From Octopus sinensis (taxonomy: Eukaryota), in NCBI RefSeq assembly GCF_006345805.1, contig NC_043005.1, positions 88,226,001-88,290,000 of the forward strand: a stretch of DNA of 64,000 bases, written 5' to 3'. The notes under the pieces were generated by a model, which searched no databases, was not told where the DNA came from, and worked only from the letters and a program-made list of their open reading frames with translations. Below, one piece after another: positions 13,244 to 26,899 of this stretch. The position numbers and the translations under genes are program-made. Numbering within the stretch: position 1 is the stretch's first letter; every line of letters begins with the position of its first letter.

Positions 13244-14221
13244 TGTGTGTGCATGTATTATATATGTATATTTGTGTATGTGTGTATATGTGTGTGTGCG
13301 TTTGTGTCTGCGTTTGTGCCCCCGCCTCTACCACTCTTTGACAACCAGCATTGGTGTGTTTACCATTCCATAGCTTAGTGGTTCAACAAAAGGACACCAA
13401 GAGAATATGTTCCAGACTGTAGAAAAGAAAAAAATACTTGGGGTCGATTAATTCACTAAAATTCTTCGAAGCATTGCCCCAGCATGGCCACAGTCTCATG
13501 TTTGAAATAATTAAGAAATAACAAATATAAAAAATAAAAGTAGCACATTTTCGCCACTTACAATGTGATTGCTTTGACCCCTTTTGTTGGCTGCCCTTGC
13601 AATGCCACTAGAGTTTAATGCAGGGCAATGAAGAGTGGACACTGTAGGAGTGAAAAGAGGAGGGGAAAACGAGTGAGTCAGTGATACCTGGATGGATATG
13701 AGCTGAGACTAGCTAACTCCCAGGAGCAACAGCAGTGGAAGGGAAAGTTTGAGCAACAATAACATCATTGATTTAATAAGAACCTTAATCATCATCTGCA
13801 TCATCAGCCACAGCAATATCGTCTTCCTCCTCCTCCTCATCATCATCATCATCACTATTGTCATCATATTTCAAATATTAAACATTATTTTACTAAATGT
13901 CTGATTGGCTCTTTCCTCTTTTTCTTTCTTTCTTCCCTTCCAGTACTAAAAAGGATGCAATTCTAAAAGAAGAAACTCACCCAATGAAACCGAGACAACC
14001 TGCGGAAGATATAAAGTCTTAATTTACGTATGTATGCATATACGTACGTACACGTGAGTACGTGTGTGTATGTATGTATGTATGTATGTATGTATGTATG
14101 TATGTATGTATGTATGTGAGGACACACACAGATGAACAGACAAATAGAGAGATAGATAGACCGATAGATATATAGATAGATAGATCGACAGACAGACAGA
14201 CAGACAGATAGATAGATAGGT

Positions 14222-14415
14222 ATGTTTCTTTATTGGTCACACAGGGCTGAACACAGTGGGGACAAAATACAAAGTAGAGCTTTTCTTTTTGGGAAGAAGA
14301 AGAGAAAAAAGTGGGTCGAATTTCGATCCGATCAATAGGGATCGTGTATCACAGAAATGTCAATGTAAAAGGGGAAAACAGATTAGGTTTATCCGAGAAA
14401 AGAAAAGCCTACGGA

Positions 14416-14420
<5 letters not shown>
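14222..14420 (-). mobile_element. Short 3'-end copy of the Tx1-like LINE
   Basis: Matches 14693-14945 (tatgtttctttatt...caaagtagagcttttctttt...aaagcctacggaaaaga). Minus-strand AATAAA is followed by a tetranucleotide-repeat tail. Confidence 0.75.
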
Positions 14421-14503
<83 letters not shown>

Positions 14504-14505
14504 GC

Positions 14506-14538
<33 letters not shown>

Positions 14539-14563
14539 GGCAGACAGACAGGCAGACAGACAA

Positions 14564-14617
<54 letters not shown>

Positions 14618-14692
14618 GATTGATTGGTAGGTAGGTAGGTAGGTAGGTAGGTAGGTAGGTAGGTAAGTAGGTAGGTAAGTAGGTAGGTAGGT
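14419..14692. repeat. Compound (GATA)/(GACA)/(GGTA) microsatellite
   Basis: Direct reading of the sequence. Confidence 0.9.
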
Positions 14693-17600
14693 ATGTTTCT
14701 TTATTAGCCACAGAAGGCTGCACACAGACGGGACAGATTACAAAGTAGAGCTTTTCTTTTTTGGGGAGAGAAAAAAAAGTGGGATAGGCTTTCGATCAAA
14801 AGGGATCGTAAAAGGGAAAGAAGAAAAAAAGGGAAAAGAAAACGAAAAAAAAACGATCAATAGGGATCGTGTATCACAGTGTTATGATGTAAAGTGTAAA
14901 GGGGGAAGCAGATAAGGTTTACCCGTGGAAAGAAAGGCCTACGGAAAAGACCACGGAAAAGACCACGGTAACCTCGGCCATTAATGTTACCACATTTGTT
15001 TGCAAGTAGGTAACCCTCTGTTTTAAATTTTCCGGATTCATAGGATTATGCTGAAGGTGGCTTCATCATTCAAACGTGCCATCCTTGCTACATTCACCCA
15101 TCTTTTTTTGAAACATTCGCTAGACAAAACTTGCCTCTCTACTCTCACTTTCCTTTTCAAATGATACTTGAAGAATTTGATGAGAGATTGACCAGAGAGG
15201 AAATTGTTTGTCTCCATTCCTTTCAGACGCGTTCACCAGATACATTCTTTCACCACAGCCACAAGGATGATGAAAATAGCTCTTCCTTCCCGTTTGAAGG
15301 AAGGAGGCATGACAATATTGACGATAGACTCGGCTGATAAACCGACTCGTCCCACACAGGACAGCAGTCGTTCGACATAAGCCCACAGGTCGGAAATTGT
15401 TGGACACAGCACGAGTGCGTGCAGAATGGTTTCGTCGCTCTAACCGCATCTCGGGCAGGTCGGCCCCGTGTTTCTCGAGCCGTGTCTGTAGAGCTTATCC
15501 CGAACGGGTAGCGCTTCTCGGTAGCACTGCCAGGTCAGGGATCTCCGGAAGTTGTCCATGGGCCCTGGCCCGAAAGTCGTCCTGAATAGGCGGGTCAGGT
15601 ATTCCTCGTCGACGCCCAGGTTCGCCCCGAGCTCGTCGTCGTACCTCCCCTCCACTAATCCCCTATAGAATGCTTTGGTTGTGTTGAAGTCACTCAAGAT
15701 CAAACCGGGACGGCATAGTTGCTTGAGAGCAACGCGGCACTCGCGGTGTCATTCGCCCTTCCTCGGCCTCTTTTTGATCCAGGACTGCAGTTCAGTCATG
15801 GAGACGAGTTGCGGGAAAGCGTGCCTCACAAACGGCGACCACATCTGTTCACCGTCGTCTACGTAGAGCCTGCGATGTCGCAGTCTCAGCGCGTGTCTGC
15901 ACATCATCAACCACAGCATGCCCAGTCCTCCTTTTAACGGGTGTTGACAGCAAATGGATCGTCTGACCATCGGGACGCATCCTTTCCACAAGAAGCGAAA
16001 GAGAATGCGTCTTAGTTTGGTGATGGTAGGATCAGGACAAGGCACGACGGTCAGGCAGTAGTAGATGACGGACGCGATGTACGAGTTCGCCACCTCCGCC
16101 CGACCTTTTAGGGGCAGTTTCCTCTTGGCCCATGTTTGGCTGAGAGTGACTACCCTACTCGTTATCTCGTGCCAGTTCTTCTCCATTTGGAGGTCCGGAC
16201 CAAACCAGACCCCGAGCAACTCGACCGGACCGTCGGTCCAGCGTCCCACGACGGAGGCGCTGGTGGACGGCATGGGCTTGCTTCTCCAGGTGCCGAGTCG
16301 CAAGCCCACTGATTTTTCCCGGTTGATTTTCGCTCCTGTCACCGCTTCGTAGTCTTTCAGTGTCTCGCCGACCAGCTCGATGTGCTCGTGGCTAGACACT
16401 ATGACGGTGACGTCGTCGGCGTATGCAGACACGCTCGTCCCGCATCCCAGCTCTCGCGGGATGCCCCTCAGAGTTGCCAGCTTCCGCAATAATGGCTCGA
16501 GAATCAATACGTAGAGAAGCGATGAGAGGGGGCATCCCTGACGGACCGAACGTGCAATGTCGAAAGGTCTCGATAGATGTCCATTTACCTAACGAATACC
16601 TCTGTACAAAGTGGTTATATAGCCGCGAAAGACGGGACCAAAACCAGCCGCTCTGAGGACAGCCTCCGGGTATCGATGGTCTACCCTATCGAAAGCTTTC
16701 GATTGATCCAAATTGATCAGCGCCCCACCCATGCCAGGTTCCTTAACTACCCTGTCTATGATGTAGCGCATCAGAAGGAGGTTGTTATGGATACTCCGGC
16801 CCGGCACGGCGCACGTTTGCGCCTTGTCAACCAGTTTCTCGATGACAAGTACCAACCTCTTGGCTAACACCTTGGCCAAAATTTTAGAGTCTGCATTAAG
16901 CAGAGTGATAGGCCTAAAGTTTTCTATTACATCCCCCTTGTTTAGATCTTTCCTCAGCAGTGTTACGGCTCCTCGGCTCACAAAACCAGGAATGCTCCCG
17001 TTTTGCTGCCAGTTGCAGTACACCGCTGCCAAGACGTTTCCAAACAAGTCTGGCATACAACTGTAAAGCTCGTAGGGAAGACCATCCAAACCCGGCGATT
17101 TGTCCCTCGAGCATTCTGTCATCGCGTCCCGCACTTCCGCCGCCGTGATGGCACCTTTGCAGCGCTCTGTCTCTCTTGTCGAGAGTCATGGTAGGCTGTG
17201 TAGGTAGGCACTGAAGTCCACCTACGTTCTTGCCTGCCACTCGTCCCGAACAGTCGGGCAAAATGCTGTTAAATGGCCTCACACATTTTACTTGGCTTGA
17301 GTAATTCGCACCCCTGTTCATCTACCAGAGACCGAATGGTGGCTTTGTTGCCCTGTTGCGCCTCTGCCACCCGGGCCTCTCGCGCGGCTCCAACACCTTC
17401 GTTCCTTAGAGCACGCATCCTAGCTCTGACAACACACCTTTCGTGTTTGGTGTTGAAGTGTTGGTCGAGGGCCAAAACGTCGGATGCGATTACGCTTCTA
17501 ATTGCACATTCTTCATTTTATTTTTTGTGACCCTACGGCCAAGTTATGTAGGGATCATCAATAAATTTTCAAATTGGAAGGACTTTGTGGAGAGGTCCTT

Positions 17601-18180
17601 GGCTCTTTCTTCACTATCGAATCGAACTTCGATCGTGGCAAATTTGTTTTCCTTCGTGATGTAGTCTTTAATGGCCCATATAGGCTTTAAACATTTTTCA
17701 ACATTTTCTTGTGTGGCCTTTTCATATAGCCTTGTTTTTAGGTTGAGTGTCTTGTAAATAATTGGGGTTTTTTTTCGATTTTATCTGTGATTTCTTGTGG
17801 CGTCCGTAGTTGTATGCTGGGGTCGTCTCTTTTTAACATTGCTTTACAGGTAAGTAGTTCATCGTTCGAAAAAAATACGAGTGGTTTCTTTAGCTTTAAA
17901 GCTGCGGCAAAATTGTTTTCGGTATTCGTGTTGGTTGTGGTAGTGATGGCGGTAGTGGTTCTATCAGTAGCTGAAGCAGTAGTAGCAGAAGCGCATTCTA
18001 AGGGCCGTGTGCGTTCACACGGAACGGCTTTGTTTTCAGCTTCCTTCGCCTCTAGCATTGGTAGAGGCGGGAAGTAGGCCTTGTGGTTTCGCTTAGCCAT
18101 ATTCGTTTAGAAATATGGCTAGGAAATCAAAGAAAATGGAAATGTAAAACAAGTTTGAAACTGACCTCAAGGGTCAGTCC
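14693..18180 (-). mobile_element. Tx1/L1-clade LINE with an internal deletion (ORF1 5' part fused to post-endonuclease ORF2)
   Basis: RT motifs KSPGLDGLPYELY, FRPITLLNADSKILAK, LDQSKAFDRVDH, VRQGCPLS and YADDVT (15749-17134); 3' Zn-knuckle CPRCG near 15450; ORF1 start MAKRNHKAYFPPLP at 18100. Frameshifted. Confidence 0.9.
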
Positions 18181-18299
18181 CTCCCTTGAAAATACACTCA
18201 AATGAAAGCTGGGTGCTTTACACACCTTGTGTGCAAAAATTGGAACCAAATGTGTGCAGTAGAAGGTCGAAAAAAGGTGTTACCTGCGGAGCCGATGCG

Positions 18300-18524
18300 A
18301 CATCACGTTAGTCGAGATATGACCGCGTGTGTACCGTTGGCGATTTTTTTCCTCTGTCTTCCCTTCTCTGGATTTTTCCTTCTCCTATGTTTCCGACGAA
18401 GAGCTCCGCTCGAAACGTTAATCCCTCCTTCTTTCCTTCTTTCCTGAGCGTCCAATAATACTATATTTGTTCCACGTCCTCGCGTTGTTGTGTCTTTTTT
18501 GTGCTTTCTTGTTTGGATTAACTT
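18300..18524 (+). mobile_element. Penelope-type terminal repeat (pseudo-LTR) fragment
   Basis: Homologous to 48490-48702 (+) and 60927-61135 (-). All three end ...gtttggattaac(t/c)tt directly into (TA)n and carry a hammerhead motif. Confidence 0.7.
18389..18424 (+). ncRNA. Minimal type-I hammerhead ribozyme motif (U4C core variant)
   Basis: gttt-CCGACGA-a-gagc-tcc-gctc-GAAA-cg-UU-aatc: stem II 4 bp, palindromic ACGU stem III, stem I 3 of 4 bp. Confidence 0.55.
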
Positions 18525-19017
<493 letters not shown>

Positions 19018-19295
19018 AATCAAATTTAGACAAATCAAGTTGACATATTCATTTATATTTATTCAGCCCCAGACCCAACATGCATGAATTTCCACAAAAG
19101 TATTACTCTATATATTATATCTATACATTTTTTATATGTTTGATGTATTGAATATACTTTTGGAGAAATTGTTGCATGCTGGGTCTGGGGGTGTCGTTTC
19201 TCGGTCTGTTTAATCTCATTCTTATTACCATTATTTTCGCCCCTCTGTCCCCAAACAAAACTTGCTTGTTCGGTGTGCACCCGCCCTTTCCCGCC

Positions 19296-19565
19296 CCCAC
19301 CACCAATACCGGATATCTCTATCTTCCCACCACCAATATCGGATATCTCTATCTTCCCACCACCAATACCGGATATCTCTATCTTCCCACCACCAATACC
19401 GGAAATCTCTATTTTCCCACCACCAATACCGGATATCTCTATCTTCCCACCACCAATACCGGATATCTCTATTTTCCCACCACCAATACCGGATATCTCT
19501 ATCTTCCCAACACCAATACCGGATATCTCAATCTCCTCACCATCTACACCGGATATCCCTTCTTC
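19296..19565 (+). repeat. 30-bp minisatellite, 8 full copies plus 1 degenerate copy
   Basis: Unit cccaccaccaataccggatatctctatctt starts at 19296, 19326, ... 19506. Confidence 0.92.
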
Positions 19566-20399
19566 CACCACCGTTACCTGTGACTATTCTCCCAACCCCT
19601 CCTCCTCACTGGGATGTTCTCTATATATTACCTGCACTTCTCTCTCTCCTAGGGCAAATGCAACCATCCCAGCTGCTCGTCCACCCACCCACTTAACCGG
19701 CTATCTTACGTTTCTTTCTGTCTAGAAATTTATCACCACCACTACCAAATTTCTCTTCTCCCAATTCCCCCTCCTCACTGGTGCTGTTCCCTATATTACC
19801 TGCACTCTCTCTTTCTCTATCTCTCGCCCTCTTTTTCTCCATCTCTCTACTGGGACAAACGCAACTAGGTTATCTGCCCACCTACTTAACCGGCTATCTT
19901 TCGTTTCATTCTCATTCTATGAAGAAACATGCCAACAACTACCCATGAAGTTTTCCTTGGCCTTATCAAGTGAAGGAGAAAGCTATTCGGCTGTCCATGT
20001 GTGCTTGTTCCTGAGTGTGAATGCGCTTGTGTATTTATAGGGATGAGCTGGTTTCCTCTCTCTGTCTGAACCCTTCCCCTCTGGTGGTAGCCTCCATTAT
20101 ACCTGCAATTCCCCTCTTCCTAGACAAACGCCACCAGTATTAGCTAACTCCCTCCTAACCTAACATTGGAATATTCATATTTTTGCTACACTGCTTAAAT
20201 CTACATCATTTGATGACCATAATGTTTATGCTTACAACGCTGCTAACACCGTCTCCTACCTCCAGTAGGGGCAATGATCTTAACATGCTTGAATGCTTGA
20301 ATGTTGTCAGGTCGGAAGAGAGAACACATGAAGCATGCCTAAAAAACGAACACCAAAACAACCTCCCTCTCCTTTTCAGGCGCTGAATAACATCCCTTC

Positions 20400-23300
20400 T
20401 CCCCAAACCTCACCCCACATTCCCTTTCCACTTTTCAGAGTTGGCACTGTCAATGTTGGCACACTGAAAGGTAGGTCTAGTGAGATTGTAGAGATGCTTG
20501 AAAGGAGACGGGTTGATGTATGCTGCATACAAGAGGTAAGATGAAGAGGAGCTTCAGCTAGGGTCCTCACAGGCAAGGCACATAGGTATAAAGTCTTCTG
20601 GCAAGGTAACATGGATGGTGTAGGGGGTGTAGGCATACTCCTTGCGGCGAAATGGGTGGATAGAGTCATAGAGGTTGTTAGGGTATGTGATAGGGTGCTT
20701 AAGCTCAGGCTAGTCCTGCAGAACAGCACAGCTACAATTATCTCCGCCTACACCCCACTTGCAGCGCTAGCAAATGATCAGAAGGACCACTTTTATGATA
20801 CCCTTCTACAGGCTACCTCAACGACGAGTGGCAATGACCTCATCTTTGTGGCTGAAGACTTTAATGGGCATGTTGGGCAGCAATCTGGTATCTTCACTGG
20901 GGTACATGGTGACCATGGAATTGGCACCCGAAACGATGAGGGAACCAGGCAACTGGAGTTCTGTGATGCATGTAACCTTTTAATCTGCAACACTAACTTC
21001 AGAAAGCCAGACAGCCATCTGATAACCTATCAATCGGGGGACTCTGCTAGCCAGATTGATTTCATCCTCACCAGACAGCGGGACACAGGGTTGCTCTTAA
21101 ATACAAAGACCCTCCAGTGTGAAGAATGTACCCCCCAGCATAGGCTAGTCATTAGTGGCTTTAGGCTCGAGGGCAGAAGGATGGATACCATGAAGCAGAC
21201 AAATCCAAAAAAGAAGGATTTAGAAGCCAAAGAACCCTTCACATGTTCAGAGATTTAGGGACATCCTCATCAAGAAATTTCAGGAGAGGGAGGAGGAGCT
21301 ACAGACATCGGACATAGAAGAAAGCTGGAAATTCCTAGGTGACAGCTTGCTGAGTGCCACAGACCAAATCTGTGGTTTATGCAAAGTCCCTTCCAGACCT
21401 GGTGGTGGAATAGTACGGTAGACAAAGCCATTAGGGCAAAGAAACAAACCTGGAAAGCCTGGAAGGGTGGAGGTAGCAGGGAACTGTACTAGGTAGCCAA
21501 AAGGGAGCCTAGGCTGCAGGTATACATAGCCAAGGGCGAAGAGGAAAAGAAGTTTGTCAATATCCAGCGACGTGAGGACCAAAGAACTGAAGTATTTCGG
21601 ATTGCAAGACAGTGTGTGTGTGAGAGAAAATTGTGAAGTCACGGGAGAGAAATGTGTCCGCTTGGATGATGGTGCACTTGCTTTCAATGTTTTTGAAAAG
21701 AAAGAGACTTGGAGAAGCCGTTATGAGAGACTGCTGAATGTGGAGAATGAATGGGAGGAGGAGAGCCTGCCAAGTGTTGACCCAGTAAAGGGACCAGCTA
21801 TCCGAATAGACAGCTTCCTGGTAAATAAAGCAATTAAGAGTATGAAGCAAGGAAAGGCCCCCGGCCCATCAGGAATCACTGCTGAAATGCTTAAAACATC
21901 TGGTGATGTGGGCTATGGCCTAGTCACCTGCATTGTAAGCAAGGTAGTTCATAATGAAGTCATACCTAATGACTGGCGTAGCAGCACCATAGTCAACTGC
22001 TCCAATGGTAAAGGTGATGCTCTAGATAGAAATAACTACAGGGGTGCCAAACTGCTGGATCAGGTGATGAAGGTCATAGAGAGGGTCAGAGCCTATCTGA
22101 TTAGGGAGAGAGTCTGCCTAGATGAGATGCAGTTCGGTTTTGTGCCGGATAGAAGTACCACTGATGCCATATTCCTGGTTCCACAACTGCAGGAGAAATA
22201 ACTAGCTAAAGATAAACGCCTATACTTAGCTTTTGTGGACTTGGAGAAAGCCTTTGACAAGGTTCCCCGATCCCTTATCTGGTGGGCGATGCAGAAACTG
22301 GAGATTGACGGATGGTTAATAAGGGCTGTACAGGCACTATACAGAGAGGCCTTTTAGTAAGTTTAGGATTGGCAATGAGTATAGTGAAGAATTCCGGGTA
22401 GAAGTAGGGGTCCACCAAGGTTCAGCCCTCAGTCCTCCTTTATTTATCGTAGTCCTTCAGGCAATAACAGAGGATTTCAAGACGAGTTGGCCCTGGGAGT
22501 TCCTCTAGGTGACGATCTGGCCCTCATAGCAGAGTCACTACCGGAACTAGACAAGAAATTTCCGGTGTGGAAGCAAAGTTTAGAATCAAAAGGCCTTAGA
22601 TTCAATGTAGCAAAGGCCAAAGTTCTAGTAAGTAAGAAGGCGAACTCATCGCACACACTTCCCTCAGGTATGTGGCCCTGCTCGATCTGTAGAAAAGGTG
22701 TAAGCTATGGACACATAAGAGGCGCAGCAACATCAAAGGAAGATTAACCGAGAAGATAGTTTTCGTGTGCGGCAGATGCACAAGGACAATAGACAGCACA
22801 GATGCTCCGAAAACAGATTCCATCACACTCCAGGGGGATAAACTAGAAGTAGTTGATAGTTTCCGCTACCTAGGTGACCAAGTTAGTGGATGCTCAGAGT
22901 GTCACCACTAGAATAAGAATAGCCTGGGCAAAGTTTAGAAAGCTTCTACTCCTACTGGTGATAAAGAATCTCTCGCTCAGAGTGAAAGGTAAATTGTACG
23001 ATGCATGTATGCGAACTGCCATGCTTCACACCAGTAAAACATGGGCCGTGACTGTGGAGGACATGCGTAGGCTCGAAAGAAATGAAGCTGGCATGATCCG
23101 CTGGATGTGTAATGCCAGTGTCCATGCACGACAGTGTAAGCGCCCTGAGAGAAATGTTGGACATAAGAAGCCTCGGATGTGGTGTGCAAGAGAGACGTTA
23201 GCGCTGATATAGTCATGTACTACGGATGGATGAGAAGAGATGTGTGAAGAAGTGCCACTCCCAAAAAGTTGAAGGAATCCGGGGTAGAGGTAAACCCTGA

Positions 23301-23921
23301 AAGACATGGGATGAGGTGGTCAAGCATGACCTTTGAACGTTGGGCCTTACAGAGGCAATGCCGAAAAACCGAGACCTCTGGAGATATGCTGTTATTGCGA
23401 AGACCCGACAAATAAAGTGAGTCCACGGAGTATCTACACCAGCTTCACATAACCAGCCCCTGCCCATTCAAATTACCTTGGATCGTAGGACAATCTACCT
23501 GCTGTGCTTACCTTGGATCGTATGGCGACCTGCTGTGCTTGAGGAGTCCTACTGAATCAAGTACATCAACATCAAAATAAGAATCAAATAGAATTTGTAG
23601 TTGTGAGACCCGTGCCGGCGCCACGTAGAAAGCACCATCCGAACGTGGCCGATGCCAGCGCCGCCTTGACTGGCTTCCGTACCAGTGGCACGTAAAAAGC
23701 ACCAACCGATCGTGGCCGTTGCCAGCCTCCCCTGTCACCTATGCCGGTGGCACGTAAAAAGCACCCACTACACTCACGGAGTGGTTGGCGTTAGGAAGGG
23801 CATCTAGCTGTAGAAACTCTGCTAGATCAGACTGGAGCCTGGTGCTTCCCAGACCCCAGTCGAACCGTCCAACCCATACTAGCATGGAAATCGGATGTTA
23901 AACGATAATGATGATGATGAA
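20400..23921 (+). mobile_element. RTE-clade LINE, near full-length ORF2, degraded
   Basis: APE motifs FRVGTVNVGTLKGRS, VDVCCIQEVR, EDFNGHVG and SQIDFIL; RT motifs KAPGPSGI, MQFGFVP, FVDLEKAFD, VHQGSALSP and DDL. The 3' UTR ends ...ggatgttaaacgat(gat)n. Confidence 0.92.
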
Positions 23922-25200
23922 CTTCATTTGCTTAAGTTTGTTTCTTACTTCTACAATATTCCAACGCCTCATGTTTGAATATCTTGAACACTTCAATGTG
24001 AAGTTTATGCATTGGAGGAAATCTTTTTCCTAACGTTTCAGCTGCATTTTCATGTTGGGGAAGAGATGGAAGTCTGCAGGTGCTATATTTGGTGAATATG
24101 GCGAGTGCGGAAGCGATACCATGTTTTTGGGTGAGAAACTCAGAAGTGAGAACTCAATGACATGGTGCACTGTCATCGTGAAGAATTCAATTGTTCACGC
24201 TCCACAGATCCATTTGCTATCGCTGAATGTCCTCCTTGAAACACTTCAGAACCTCACAGTAAAACTCTCGTTCAACAGCCAGGCCTTGGGGGATGAATTC
24301 TCGATGCATAATACTGTGAATGTCGGAAAAAACGATGAGCATGTTCTTGATTGAGGTACAGCTCTGTCATGCCGTCTTTAATCGTAAAGACTGCTGCCTT
24401 AATCGTAAAGAAGAGATGGCTGCGTTGAGATGACTGCTGCTTTGTCTCAGAGTCATTCCCCACAGACCCAACTCTTGTGATGATCCTCAACACGAAGGTT
24501 GGATTCAGCAGATGGACATCTGGACAGGCTTCGGAACGAGATTCTTTATACTCAGTGGTCATCAGGCAGGAACAAACTTGGCAGAGACACATCATATGTT
24601 CAATTCAGACGTTAGGACTGCCTCCATGGACCTATACAATAGATCAACAACATCAACAATGTCGATGATTCTCCTCCGACAATCCTCATGCATAAGCTGA
24701 TAAATGTTTTCCACATTTCCCAGGGTGCCGCTCATGACAGGTCTTCCAAATTGCTCGTCGTCTTCCAAGAACTTTCTTCCACTTTTGAAGCACCCATGCC
24801 ACTCAAAGCATTTACTTCTTTATTGCCCACAGAAGGCTAAACATAGAAGGGACAAGCAAGGACAAAGGGATTAAGTCGATTAGATCGACCCCATTGCGTA
24901 ACTGGTATTTATTTAATCGACCCCGAAAGGCAAAGTCGACCTCAGTGGAATTTGAACTCAGAACGTAACGGAAGACGATATACTGCTAAGCATTTCGCCT
25001 GGCGTGCTAACGATTCTACTACTCAAAGCATTGCGTACGACCCATTGCGTCATTGCCATAAGCTTGCAGAAGTATGCTTGATTTCTCTGTAGTAGACTTC
25101 CCAAGTTTAAAGCAAAATTTCACGTTGGTTCATTGTTCCATTTCCTGTCCAAGGGAAAATTTCGAATTGTGGTTGTAATCGTTCTGCACATTCGTCAATG
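23922..25200 (-). mobile_element. Degraded mariner transposon (DD34D), interrupted by a SINE
   Basis: Minus strand gives VKFCFKLGKSTTE...QAYGNDAMGRTQCFEW (HTH, ~25020-25140) and PHSPYSPNIAPADFHLFP (~24050-24110). TIRs not recognised. Confidence 0.8.
24813..25020 (-). mobile_element. SINE family B with 12-bp TSD
   Basis: ACTCAAAGCATT is duplicated at 24801-24812 and 25021-25032. Confidence 0.88.
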
Positions 25201-25209
25201 TGTTAACTG

Positions 25210-26880
25210 AGGTATATTTGGCGACATTGTGGGGAGGAAATGTGTTGTCTGTGGACCGTACATCTCTTTCGGATCGAATTTCCTGTTGAGCCAATATAAT
25301 TTCGATGATAGCCCGAGCCTCTAATCATATAAATGAGGTTTTCGGAGGCGCAAGTGAAGTTGGATTTGATCTTGAATATTTGTCCTAGTCTGAAATGGAA
25401 TTCCGATCCTTCTAACAGATTAGGACATGTTCCACAATTAGGGCAACCAGACTTTACAATTCTTGCGTTCGTTGTTCTAGAGGATATTTTGTCATTGGTA
25501 AGAATTTTCTTCAGTATCTTAAGCTGTTTGCTGCTCTAAATGCTTTTATGGTTACATACAATCTCCTTAAGTATGGGGTCCTTATAGAGTATTGGGAGAT
25601 TTTGGGCGATGATATTGAATACTTCTTTGTTTCTGGGGTTGTATGTGGAGACATAAGATAGTGTTTTAAGGGTAGGTGTATTGTTGTGTTTGGCTTTTCT
25701 TAATGTTTTAATATTAATCGATTTTGCACGTTTAATTCCTTCGTTTATGAGGTGAGGTGGGTAGTGCCTCTACTTCAGTACGTTTTTAAGCTCTTGCAAT
25801 CTTAGTTCTCTGGTATTTTTCGGACACTATGCTGCAAATCCTTCTTGCAAGGTTGAAGGGGATATTTGTTTTGATATGTCGCTGGTGACATGAGCTAAAT
25901 AATATTGTGGCCTTGTAAAAAATGTCTGTTTTTATTTCTTCTTTGTTTATTTTTTAAATCAGTATGTCTAGGAATGGGAGTCCCTCTTGGTTGTTTTCCA
26001 TTGTGAATTGTATGTCGGTGTTAATGCTATTGAGGAGTATTTTGAACTCCAGGAGCTTATCTATGTTTTCATTCCAGAGGATGAAGCAATTGTCCAAAAA
26101 TCTTTTCCAATTTTCTTTTATGTATTGGAAGAGAGGGTTTCCAAATTTTGAAAATGACTCCTAATATAATGTTACTAAAATCTTTAAAAAGGTTAAATAC
26201 TGTTTTGTGTGTGTTTTATAAAAGAACGTTTTTTTTTTTGTTGATTCATTTCTAGGTTGAAGGGGATATTTGTTGAAGGTGACATGAGCTAAATAGTATT
26301 ATTTAGCGTATGTGGTCTTATAAAAAATGTCCTTTTCTATTTCTCTGTTTATTTTTTAAATCAGTATGTCTAGGAATGGGAGTCCCTCTCGGTTATGTTC
26401 CATTGTGAATTTTATATTGGTGTTAATGTTACTGAAAAGTCTTTTGAACTCCAGGAGCTTATCTATGTTTTCATTCCAGAGGATGAAGCAGTCGTCCCAA
26501 AATCTTTTCCAATTTTCTGTTATGTACTAGGGGAGAGTGTTACCAAATTTTGAAAATGACTCTTGTTATTTCTAAATATCCCATTGTTAGATTGGCAATG
26601 GTTGGGGCTGCCTTGGTTCCCATTGCAATTCCAGATTTTTAGCGATAAACATACGTGTCAAACATGAGATGGTTGTTTTGGAGGATGAATTTAATTGATT
26701 CGATTATGAAGTCTTTGTTGATCCATTTTAGTATTTCTTCTGGATATTTGTCCAGTCAGGAACGAATTGCTTCTATTCCATAACTATGAGATATGTTGGT
26801 GTATAAATTAATCACATCGAATGATACCATGACTGTTTCCTCCTCGACCCTTTCTGGCAGTGATTTAACATATATAAGTC
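25210..26880 (-). mobile_element. Penelope-like element fragment (RT plus GIY-YIG), degraded
   Basis: Minus strand MVSFDVINLYTNI, GIAMGTKAAPTIANL, RFLDNCFILW and LPFLDILI are PLE RT motifs; FTCASENLIY near 25340 starts the GIY-YIG domain. Confidence 0.8.
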
Positions 26881-26899
26881 ATCTCTTATATGACTTGAT

